8,376 bases of DNA. It comes from a virus (lineage: Duplodnaviria > Heunggongvirae > Uroviricota > Caudoviricetes). This document shows positions 1 through 6,366 of the stretch, piece by piece; within the stretch, counting starts at the first letter, position 1; every line of letters begins with the position of its first letter. The notes beneath the pieces are model-generated. The model was not told the origin of the DNA. It ran no database searches and saw only the letters and a list, made by a program, of their open reading frames with translations. The stretch lies in IMG/VR virus record IMGVR_UViG_2671180743_000009. One strand, written 5' to 3'. Both the position numbers and the translations under genes were made by a program.

Positions 1-63
1 GCCGGCACTGCCGGCGGAGGTGCCGTAGGCAATGCCTGTTGATATTTTTTCCATCTGATACAT
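1..63 (-). CDS. S21/EssD-type pinholin (class II holin), N-terminal 21 codons only; gene continues past the window start
   Basis: Reverse complement of 1-63 translates MYQMEKISTGIAYGTSAGSAG, matching from memory the dual-start N-terminus (MKSMDKISTGIAYGTSAGSAG) of phage 21 S and DLP12 EssD. Two in-frame ATGs three codons apart fit the holin/antiholin dual-start motif. Position, first gene after the Q/tRNA region, fits a lysis cassette. Confidence 0.6.
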   Translation of the reverse strand, partial: MYQMEKISTGIAYGTSAGSAG

Positions 64-642
64 ATCCCGCCCCCCGACAGACCTGTGCTATCGCATTAAA
101 AAAGATCGCGTAGCATTCTTAATTCATGAGGAACTTTACCCGCCAGCAATCTGAGTAGCGAAAGCTGTTCATCCCCAATGTTTTTGCTGGCGGGTCCTTT
201 TTTCTACGGTCCTCCTCCCCGGAGGGGGGCATTTCATTATTTTTCTAATCGTTACTGGTGAGAAGGCGGAAGAAAAAGCCAGTTCTTCGCCCCTAAATAA
301 CAGCATGATTCCAGTCCATGCAAAATCTGATTTCCAGCTCACACATACCGAGCGCTGTACAAAAAACCGCCAGCCAAGGCAGTTAAGAGTGTGTTCCCGG
401 GGTTTGCTTAGAATATTTTGTAAGTTGTCCGAAGAGATATTTACAACACCAGAATGATGAATCATCAGTCCCCTGCCAGAGGTTCACTACGTAACCTGAC
501 CGACAATGCACCATTCTGGTGCTGAAAAAAGAGCACTGGAACTGCAACAAAACAACATCACAGAACAGGAGATGGTAAGGAGTCAGACATTCCCACACAA
601 TATTGTGTCAGTGCAAATAACAACCTTCGTCTCAAATCTCGC

Positions 643-717
<75 letters not shown>

Positions 718-720
718 ATA

Positions 721-796
<76 letters not shown>

Positions 797-798
797 GC

Positions 799-875
799 TG
801 GCCCACCACCGAGGACTCGAACCTCGCACCGTCAACTTAGAAGGTTGATGCTCTATCCGGATGAGCTAGTGGTGG
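799..875 (-). tRNA. tRNA-Arg, anticodon UCU
   Basis: Reverse complement CCACCACTAGCTCATCCGGATAGAGCATCAACCTTCTAAGTTGACGGTGCGAGGTTCGAGTCCTCGGTGGTGGGCCA. All four stems are Watson-Crick, the anticodon loop is CTTCTAA, and CCA is encoded. The molecule starts with an unusual C1-G72 pair. Confidence 0.75.
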
Positions 876-876
876 T

Positions 877-953
877 TGGTGGCCCTTGCTGGACTTGAAC
901 CAGCGACCTGGCGATTATGAGTCGCTCGCTCTGACCAACTGAGCTAAAGGGCC
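877..953 (-). tRNA. tRNA-Ile2, anticodon CAU (lysidine type, ileX/ileZ-like)
   Basis: Reverse complement GGCCCTTTAGCTCAGTTGGTCAGAGCGAGCGACTCATAATCGCCAGGTCGCTGGTTCAAGTCCAGCAAGGGCCACCA. Anticodon loop is CTCATAA. Acceptor, anticodon and T-arm segments resemble E. coli ileX from memory rather than elongator or initiator tRNA-Met. Confidence 0.75.
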
Positions 954-962
954 GGAGGCAGA

Positions 963-991
963 ATAATAACCATATGTCATCACATCTGCAA
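963..991 (-). promoter_or_regulatory. Candidate sigma-70 promoter for the tRNA array: -35 TTGCAG, 17-bp spacer, -10 TATTAT
   Basis: Read on the minus strand, TTGCAG (plus 986-991) is followed after 17 bp by TATTAT (plus 963-968). The predicted start falls about 3 nt before the 5' end of tRNA-Ile2 at 953. Confidence 0.35.
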
Positions 992-1041
992 ACTCATCTG
1001 ACCACCAGCACGTTTAACGTCCTGTGCCGTTTTTCAGGTAT

Positions 1042-1064
1042 AAAAAAACCCGCATAAAGCGGGC
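1042..1064 (-). terminator. Intrinsic terminator about 80 nt downstream of the Q-like gene (tR'-like position)
   Basis: Minus strand reads GCCCGC-TTTAT-GCGGG followed by TTTTTTT: a GC-rich 5-6 bp stem with 5-nt loop and a 7-U tail. Confidence 0.6.
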
Positions 1065-1142
1065 TCTTTCAAATGTCCATGTCTGCTATTCGCCTCGCGG
1101 TACAGCTTTGCGAAGCGTACAAGAATTGAAGCAGTTTTTACG

Positions 1143-1697
1143 TCAAAAAGCAATAACTTTTTTCTCTATACCAAAAGCCATAACCATTGGTTTGTACAAA
1201 ATAAATTCTGCCACCTTTAGCCAATGCTCAATGCGTCTTTCACAGGTTCTTAAACTCCATTTCGGGTGTGCATCATTCAGCAGTTCAGCCATTTTGCGTT
1301 TGGTCATCCCCCGCCCCTCATACCGTTGCCGAAGGACGCTAATCAATCCTGGATGCTCTGCCAGCACCTCACTTATGACCCGATCAATACATAACGCCTC
1401 TGCATCAGTACAATGCGCCAGCCAGCTCTTTTGCTTACCGTTAATCATATCCCGCAAAAAAGCCTCAAGTTCAGACTTGTTCAGACCTGCTTTTTTCATC
1501 CTCCGGAGCGCCTCGTTAATTGCCGTTTTTGTCAGCTTTTTAGAGGTCAACATCAGGTTAAACATATTCCCCGTCTTACCGCCACCAATATACGACCAGC
1601 GCCCCCACATACGTAGTTTTCCCTGAATCCAGACACTTTCCAGCGTGGTGAGACGAAGGTGTTCTCCGCTTTTTCCTGTATTCGTTGGGTAAATCAT
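1143..1697 (-). CDS. Putative late-gene antiterminator Q-like protein, 184 aa
   Basis: Part of the 1143..1817 ORF, starting at the ATG at 1695-1697. That ATG overlaps the upstream stop as ATGA and has a GGAGG Shine-Dalgarno 7 nt upstream. It is the last gene before the terminator, tRNAs and holin, the usual place for Q. It contains an RMWGRW motif reminiscent of WGxW in some Q families. Call is by synteny and weak motif only. Confidence 0.45.
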   Translation of the reverse strand: MIYPTNTGKSGEHLRLTTLESVWIQGKLRMWGRWSYIGGGKTGNMFNLMLTSKKLTKTAINEALRRMKKAGLNKSELEAFLRDMINGKQKSWLAHCTDAEALCIDRVISEVLAEHPGLISVLRQRYEGRGMTKRKMAELLNDAHPKWSLRTCERRIEHWLKVAEFILYKPMVMAFGIEKKVIAF

Positions 1698-1984
1698 AAA
1701 TATCCCTCCTTTCTCCAGATTTCTTGTGTGCGAAAAACACCTTCTGCATGCATCAGGCGTAATTCTTCTTTGGTGTAATCGCTGGTTTTTACCCGCCCGT
1801 CGATTAAATCGTGGCACGAGCTACAGGCAATCGCTGCCTGCATATCGTGTGGCTTTATCGCTGTTCCGCACGTTCCCGCCAGTCGGTAATGCGCCAGCAC
1901 AGACGTTTCCGGATCGTGATTGCAGTAGCCAGGAATTCTGACGGTGCACATCTGCCCCCGCGCCGCTTTACGTAAATCCACCAT
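1694..1984 (-). CDS. YbcO-like DUF1364 protein (putative zinc-binding nuclease), 96 aa
   Basis: ORF 1694..1984. The N-terminus MVDLRKAARGQMCTVRIPGYCNHDPETSVLAH and the spaced Cys/His residues match DLP12 YbcO from memory. Same length, same position between a DUF1367 gene and Q. Confidence 0.7.
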   Translation of the reverse strand: MVDLRKAARGQMCTVRIPGYCNHDPETSVLAHYRLAGTCGTAIKPHDMQAAIACSSCHDLIDGRVKTSDYTKEELRLMHAEGVFRTQEIWRKEGYL

Positions 1985-2583
1985 TACGCAAACTCCAGCA
2001 GCTGCGCGGCCACATTTTCGACTTGTTCCGGAGAGGAAAATTTACGGAACAGAATCCAGTTCCACAGCACATTCAGAACAGATTTATAAACCTGCTGAAA
2101 CTCGGTTTCGTCCATATTCGCAAACGCGATAGATTTCGCCCGACACCCACGGCTACCGTCCGGATAAAAATGCTCGGTGTAAAATCCGGCCTGAATGGCT
2201 ACCCACTCGCGGAAAGCCTCAAACGACTTTAGCAATGCCGTATCACTGGTTCTGCGTGTCGCAACTGTATTCAGATATTGCTCTGCGGCTTCGCTCAGAG
2301 CTGGCGTATGTTCCCGGCCTACTGATTCACACAGGTAATCAACGAAACCGGACACCAGTTTTCGTTCGCGAGGCGTGATCGCCCCACCGACCGGAGTCCA
2401 GTAATCGAAACCCAGTTGCAGGAGTTTGAAAAAACGCTTGTGGAATGCGTAGTTACACACACGCTTAAAGTCTGCGTGTATCCACTCACCTATTTTGATT
2501 TGATGCAGAAAATCGCAACTCTCCGGCGTCGCCGGGAGAAGTAATCCGGAAGAGGTTTGTTTGACCAGTTGTATATGTGCCAT
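1984..2583 (-). CDS. DUF1367-like phage protein, 199 aa
   Basis: Part of the 1984..2625 ORF, starting at the ATG at 2581-2583 (protein MAHIQLVKQTSSGLLLPATPE...), which has a GGAGAAAG Shine-Dalgarno 7 nt upstream. Its stop overlaps the next start by one base. The family is recognised from memory of prophage proteins in this position. Confidence 0.6.
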   Translation of the reverse strand: MAHIQLVKQTSSGLLLPATPESCDFLHQIKIGEWIHADFKRVCNYAFHKRFFKLLQLGFDYWTPVGGAITPRERKLVSGFVDYLCESVGREHTPALSEAAEQYLNTVATRRTSDTALLKSFEAFREWVAIQAGFYTEHFYPDGSRGCRAKSIAFANMDETEFQQVYKSVLNVLWNWILFRKFSSPEQVENVAAQLLEFA

Positions 2584-2621
2584 CGGCTTTCTCCGGTGGC
2601 ACGGTGTTACACAGCAGGAGT

Positions 2622-2909
2622 TCAATCCTGCTCAAGATTGTAGATGAGTTTATTCTTCAGCAAAAGCAGAAAACCAGCCTTAAAACCAATCTCTTTCAAA
2701 ACCCGTAATGATGTGACAAATTCGTCCTCACGCAAAATAAAACCGTCCGTCAGAAGTCCATTACAAAAATAAAATAACACAGCACCGCTCTTCCTTTGTT
2801 GAGATTGCAAACATCTAATGCGGCAATGGCTGACAATCGCTCCATTCTCAACGCGCACAGCATAGAGGCCATTTTCACTAAAAATTTCACGCAATTCTTC
2901 GATTTTCAT
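2622..2909 (-). CDS. Hypothetical protein, 95 aa, AT-rich gene of unknown function
   Basis: ORF 2622..2909 with a GGAAGGA Shine-Dalgarno 8 nt upstream of the ATG. First gene after a promoter-like element. I recognise no homolog. Confidence 0.45.
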   Translation of the reverse strand: MKIEELREIFSENGLYAVRVENGAIVSHCRIRCLQSQQRKSGAVLFYFCNGLLTDGFILREDEFVTSLRVLKEIGFKAGFLLLLKNKLIYNLEQD

Positions 2910-2990
2910 CTTCAGAATCCTTCCAGATAAATAGCTCTCCCCTGTTCGGGGTCCATCCCTCTTCTCCCTGCGCGCTACTTAAGTGAGTCG

Positions 2991-3018
2991 ATTCTATCTG
3001 CGAAGGTGCGCGAATCAA
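2991..3018 (-). promoter_or_regulatory. Candidate sigma-70 promoter for the 95-aa/DUF1367/YbcO/Q operon: -35 TTGATT, 16-bp spacer, -10 TAGAAT
   Basis: Minus strand has TTGATT (plus 3013-3018), a 16-bp spacer, then TAGAAT (plus 2991-2996). It lies just downstream of the hok terminator and about 80 nt upstream of the ATG at 2909. Confidence 0.35.
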
Positions 3019-3029
3019 ATTCACCGGAA

Positions 3030-3081
3030 ATAAACAACAAAAAACCCGCCGAAACGCTGAGAGATCACAGCGATGGGCGGG
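3030..3081 (-). terminator. Intrinsic terminator downstream of hok
   Basis: Minus strand has CCCGCC ... GGCGGG (plus 3045-3050 pairing with 3076-3081, with an inner CGCTG/CAGCG sub-stem) followed by TTTTTTGTTGTTTATTT. Confidence 0.5.
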
Positions 3082-3158
3082 TTAAGTGCGGGTGCGTTGA
3101 GGATGCCTGACACATCAGAGGTGGGCGGGGATGGGATCAGCTCCCCGCCCGGTCACTC

Positions 3159-3314
3159 TTACTTCCTGGATTCGTAGTCTACGAAGACAGCGACCTCCGT
3201 CTGGCCGGTTCGGATTCGTACCTCACAGAGGTCTTTCCTCGTTACCAGTGCCGTCACTATGACGGTTAAACAGATGACGATCAGGGCGATTAACATCGCC
3301 TTTTGCTGCTTCAT
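3159..3314 (-). CDS. hok: Hok/Gef-family type I toxin, 51 aa (closest recalled relative HokD/RelF)
   Basis: Translation MKQQKAMLIALIVICLTVIVTALVTRKDLCEVRIRTGQTEVAVFVDYESRK has the Hok hallmarks: a single transmembrane helix, the RKDLCEV motif and a TGQTEVAVF C-terminus. AAGGAG Shine-Dalgarno 9 nt upstream of the internal ATG. Confidence 0.8.
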   Translation of the reverse strand: MKQQKAMLIALIVICLTVIVTALVTRKDLCEVRIRTGQTEVAVFVDYESRK

Positions 3315-3371
3315 AGCCTGCTTCTCCTTGCCTTTCGGCATGTAAGAGGCTAACCTACATGTGCAAAGCAT
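3159..3371 (-). CDS. mok: mok-like in-frame upstream extension of hok, 70 aa
   Basis: ORF 3159..3371 begins MLCTCRLASYMPKGKEKQAMKQQKAM, the same pattern as E. coli MokC as I recall it (an N-terminally extended Hok in the same frame). Confidence 0.5.
   Translation of the reverse strand: MLCTCRLASYMPKGKEKQAMKQQKAMLIALIVICLTVIVTALVTRKDLCEVRIRTGQTEVAVFVDYESRK
3328..3356 (+). promoter_or_regulatory. Candidate Sok antisense-RNA promoter: -35 TTGCCT, 17-bp spacer, -10 TAACCT
   Basis: Plus strand has TTGCCT (3328-3333), a 17-bp spacer and TAACCT (3351-3356), inside the mok/hok 5' coding region on the opposite strand. The predicted start near 3363 would give an RNA complementary to the mok start and Shine-Dalgarno region, as in hok/sok systems. 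No clean terminator found. Confidence 0.3.
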
Positions 3372-3490
3372 GAAATTGGCCTCAGATTAATGTTAAGCGT
3401 CTTGCCGGACGCGTAATGTTAACTGGGGCTTTTCTCTATCTGCCTTTTGGTGTTCATGCCTGAAGCAGATAGCCTCAAGCACCCGCAGTC

Positions 3491-3520
3491 ATTCTACTTA
3501 CCTCGCCAATATGAAATCAA
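3491..3520 (-). promoter_or_regulatory. Candidate hok mRNA promoter: -35 TTGATT, 18-bp spacer, -10 TAGAAT
   Basis: Minus strand has TTGATT (plus 3515-3520), an 18-bp spacer and TAGAAT (plus 3491-3496). This gives a leader of roughly 110 nt before mok and a transcript of about 450 nt to the terminator at 3030-3081. Confidence 0.35.
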
Positions 3521-3541
3521 TCAGAAAGGTGCCCCATAAAA

Positions 3542-4228
3542 TCACTCCTTCTCTTCTTTACCGTAGTGGAGTTGACCAATTTTGATAAGAGGGCGTCCCT
3601 GAGATTTGCGGTGTAGATTGGTATCGCGCAGAGAATACACACAGCCACAATATTCCTGCTGATAGAATTTTTCGCGCTTGCTGATTTCAATCATACGGGA
3701 CGAGCCGCCCTGCTTGCGCCAGTTATAATCCCAGTACACCATGCCCGGATAATGCGCGACGGCTCGCCGCCCACAGTCGTTAACCTGCTGCATATTTTTC
3801 CAGCGTGAAATGCCCAGTGAACTGCTGATCACACTGAAACCATTTTCAGCGGCGTACAGCGCTGTCCGCTCAAAACGCATGTCAAAACACATGGTGCAAC
3901 GGATCCCTCGTTCGGGCTCCCATTCCATTCCTTTGGCTCGTTCAAACCAGTTGTCTGTGTCGTAATCAGCATCAATAAACGGCACGCCGTGTTGTTCAGC
4001 AAAGCGAATATTCTCATCCTTACGAATTAAATACTCTTTCTGAGGATGAATGTTCGGGTTGTAGAAAAAGATGGTGTAGTCGATTCCCGAGGCCTGAAGC
4101 GCCTCCATCACCTCACCGGAACATGGAGCACAGCAAGAGTGCAGTAGTAGTTTGTTTGCCCCGTTTGGGAGCTCCAATTTGGGCCGTTTGAAATCAGCAA
4201 CTGTCATAAATATGTTTATTGGGGTCAT
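3542..4228 (-). CDS. queH: QueH-like epoxyqueuosine reductase (DUF208 family), 228 aa
   Basis: ORF 3542..4228 carries the ordered motif set I associate with DUF208/QueH: [11 protein letters not shown] near the N-terminus, then [29 protein letters not shown] and YCGCVYS near the C-terminus. Start codon is ambiguous (ATG at 4228 or 4207; neither has a clear Shine-Dalgarno). Confidence 0.7.
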   Translation of the reverse strand: MTPINIFMTVADFKRPKLELPNGANKLLLHSCCAPCSGEVMEALQASGIDYTIFFYNPNIHPQKEYLIRKDENIRFAEQHGVPFIDADYDTDNWFERAKGMEWEPERGIRCTMCFDMRFERTALYAAENGFSVISSSLGISRWKNMQQVNDCGRRAVAHYPGMVYWDYNWRKQGGSSRMIEISKREKFYQQEYCGCVYSLRDTNLHRKSQGRPLIKIGQLHYGKEEKE

Positions 4229-4375
4229 AAAAATATCAAAGAGTGTAGCATTAGAACGGGGCTATCGGAAACAGATGTGTGACTGCTCCCCGCCCTTTCG
4301 GGTGGTCTCCTGATGATTTGAGGGTGCAGAAATCCCTCCGGTTAAGGATTAAATTTTTAACAGTGCTAAATTTAA

Positions 4376-4732
4376 TTATTCAGTTCTGGATTTTGTCGCC
4401 CTGCGTATCCGCGCTTTCGCGTTACGCTCAATCTGTATCAGCTTTTCTATATTTCTCCGCCTTTCCTGTTCCTCCTGGCGCAATAGCCTTACATCATCTG
4501 CCAGTCTGGTTTCTCTTTTTGCCACAGAGAGCATCCAGTCAAACGGCTCCACAACCGCACCGCAGATTTTACAGCGGACCTGACGCTCTTTTTCGTCAAC
4601 CCGTACAGAGGCGTGATGGCAATATGGTCTTTCCGATGGCTCATAAAGAAAATTAACCTGATTACGAGGGTCATCCTCTTTTACCGGAAATAAAACGATA
4701 TTGCTTAACTCATCTTCTGGTTTTATTTCCAT
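4376..4732 (-). CDS. Hypothetical protein, 118 aa, Cys/His cluster plus basic coiled-coil-like C-terminus
   Basis: Part of the 4376..4789 ORF, starting at the ATG at 4730-4732, which has an AAGGAGAGGAG Shine-Dalgarno. Contains CHH...CKIC, consistent with a small zinc ribbon, then a Glu/Arg-rich segment. No homolog recognised. Confidence 0.45.
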   Translation of the reverse strand: MEIKPEDELSNIVLFPVKEDDPRNQVNFLYEPSERPYCHHASVRVDEKERQVRCKICGAVVEPFDWMLSVAKRETRLADDVRLLRQEEQERRRNIEKLIQIERNAKARIRRATKSRTE

Positions 4733-4789
4733 GCTCCTCTCCTTTGATGCGAATGCCAGCGGTAATTGAAGCCTGATAGCTAATTTCAT

Positions 4790-5212
4790 TCACAGTATCG
4801 CCTCCTGAAAATTACCCTGATAGAAAGCCAGTACACGCTGCATAGCTTCGCTCTTCCGGCACTCGCGACAGATTATATTCAGGCGCCTGTCGTAGCGGCG
4901 TATTTCTCCGTCAGGTAATGACCAGATAAGGTCCGGATCAACAACAACCGGTTTCCTCACCTTTACTCTCGAGAGTTTTTTGCGGGCGCTTTGCCAGTCC
5001 TTGCGAGCCTGTTCAGACGGGAATAAGCCGTAGCCAGAATTATATACATCACCACTTGCGACCAGTTCTATGCATAAGCGACCGACAGACGCACGACTGA
5101 TACCTGTTTCATCTGACAACTGCCGAATCGTGACCCGACCGTCCTGATGCACGAGTTCCACAATTCGCGTCTTCAGTTCTTCCCGCTGTTCGGGAGTAAA
5201 AGGTTTCGCCAT
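4790..5212 (-). CDS. Hypothetical DNA-binding protein, 140 aa, N-terminal winged-helix-like region
   Basis: ORF 4790..5212 with an AGGAGG Shine-Dalgarno 7 nt upstream. The segment VTIRQLSDETGISRASVGRLCIELVASG looks like a helix-turn-helix; the C-terminus has CRECRK. Sits immediately downstream of the DnaC-like gene. Confidence 0.5.
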   Translation of the reverse strand: MAKPFTPEQREELKTRIVELVHQDGRVTIRQLSDETGISRASVGRLCIELVASGDVYNSGYGLFPSEQARKDWQSARKKLSRVKVRKPVVVDPDLIWSLPDGEIRRYDRRLNIICRECRKSEAMQRVLAFYQGNFQEAIL

Positions 5213-5226
5213 AAATCCTCCTGAAA

Positions 5227-5973
5227 CTACTTAACAACCCTCGAATGGCTAACATTCGGACGCCAGCTCTCCCAGTTAAAATTCACCCAGCGCCCGCCGT
5301 TCATGACCATGCGATCCATCACCCGCTCGCCGAGCAATGTTTTCATCACCTCATAGTTCAGGTTTGTCAGCATCCCCACGCTGCGCATCGACGCTGTCCG
5401 GCGATCAACAATCTGGTGCAGCACCACCTGCTCGTTTTTCGTCTCGCGCTGAATGCCAATTTCATCAAGAACCAGCAGATCCACTTCGCACAGCTCCCGC
5501 AAAAATTTTTCGCCTGACTGCCCGTCGTCATAGCTGGCGTGCAGGGCGCTCATAACATCAGCCACGGTAACCACAATCACTGTCTGACCGTCTTTCAGCA
5601 GGCGATTCCCGATAGCTGCCGCTAAGTGATTCTTCCCGGTACCAGGTTTTCCGCTGAACGCAAAATTTGTACACCCGGTCATCAGTTCATCGGCGATGGA
5701 TTTCGCCTGGCTTAACGCGTATCGCTGGCCGTCGTTCTGCACCTGGTAATTCGCAAACGAGCATTTACGGTGCAACGGCTGGATGCCTGAGCGATTCAGA
5801 ATTTTTTCCACCCGCAACTGGCGATTCAGGCGGTTGATCTCCTCGCTACGTTTCTGGCCTTCAGCAAGTTGCCACTCGCGCCACTCCGCTACCGTTCTGA
5901 ATGGGGCGGTTACATGTGGCGGGGTCAGTCGGCGGATGCGTTCCAGAACGCCGCCTGTCGCAATATTTTTCAT
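5227..5973 (-). CDS. DnaC-like helicase loader (phage replication protein, YdaV-like), 248 aa
   Basis: ORF 5227..5973. Walker A FSGKPGTGKNHLAAAIGN, Walker B DLLVLDEIG and LLGERVMDRM align along the whole length with E. coli DnaC as I recall it. Confidence 0.9.
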   Translation of the reverse strand: MKNIATGGVLERIRRLTPPHVTAPFRTVAEWREWQLAEGQKRSEEINRLNRQLRVEKILNRSGIQPLHRKCSFANYQVQNDGQRYALSQAKSIADELMTGCTNFAFSGKPGTGKNHLAAAIGNRLLKDGQTVIVVTVADVMSALHASYDDGQSGEKFLRELCEVDLLVLDEIGIQRETKNEQVVLHQIVDRRTASMRSVGMLTNLNYEVMKTLLGERVMDRMVMNGGRWVNFNWESWRPNVSHSRVVK

Positions 5974-6328
5974 GGTCCGTTACCCCCTGAAGCCTGGCGG
6001 GATCGCACTGTCCGGCAACGAGACGGTGTTAACCTGTCGGAGCAACGTCTCAGGCCGAACACCTTTCGGCGCGAACAGGCCCTGGTATTCATTGGCGATG
6101 CTGTGTCGAATCACCTGCTCAGGTGTAAAACCCTGCTGACGGAATTTTTCCAGTTCCCGTATCGCCCCGTTAGCGCCCTGCTCCGTTCGAATCGGTTTTC
6201 GCAATGCCTGTCTGAACCGGACCCACTCATGCCAGAGTGTTTCCGGCAACCAATCGGGCAGCTCAATAGCCTCCGGCTCGAATTTTTTAGACGCTCGTTT
6301 TTGGCGAGGGGGAGATCAGTATTTAGAT

Positions 6329-6366
6329 CTTCCTCTTCCTCTTCCTCTTCCTCTTCCTCTTCCTCT
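6329..6366. repeat. Hexanucleotide tandem repeat (CTTCCT) x 6.3
   Basis: Six perfect CTTCCT units plus CT, read directly. On the coding (minus) strand it is (GAG GAA)6, i.e. Glu x 12, in the middle frame of the YdaU-like gene. It also creates the poly-Ser artefact in the plus-strand ORF 5869..6381. Confidence 0.9.

Noticed and set aside
169-598. Minus-strand ORFs of 98 aa and 71 aa in the tRNA-to-holin spacer
   Set aside because: Odd Cys/Trp-rich composition, GTG or unsupported starts, no ribosome-binding sites, and they overlap each other. Treated as non-coding.
64-642. Shiga toxin or another toxin cargo in the tRNA-to-holin slot
   Set aside because: No ORF of suitable length with a start codon and ribosome-binding site exists on either strand.
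1132-1146. TTGACG -35-like hexamer overlapping the Q-like stop codon as the late promoter
   Set aside because: No acceptable -10 hexamer lies 16-18 bp downstream, so a late promoter could not be supported here.
1024-1626. Plus-strand 200-aa ORF overlapping the Q-like gene
   Set aside because: It runs through the minus-strand terminator and Q coding region, has low-complexity composition and no Shine-Dalgarno. Treated as antisense noise.
1698-1817. Forty-codon N-terminal extension of the Q-like ORF (the 224-aa version)
   Set aside because: The extension overlaps the YbcO-like gene in another frame. The internal ATG at 1697 has a GGAGG Shine-Dalgarno and overlaps the YbcO stop as ATGA.
2584-2625. 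Fourteen-codon N-terminal extension of the DUF1367 ORF (the 213-aa version)
   Set aside because: The Cys-rich extension lacks a ribosome-binding site, whereas the ATG at 2583 has GGAGAAAG upstream and gives the typical family N-terminus.
4279-4656. Plus-strand 125-aa ORF
   Set aside because: Antisense to the 118-aa gene, which has a strong ribosome-binding site; this one has none.
6329-6366. CRISPR array
   Set aside because: The only tandem repeat is a 6-bp microsatellite without spacers; no 25-40 bp repeat-spacer structure is present anywhere in the window.
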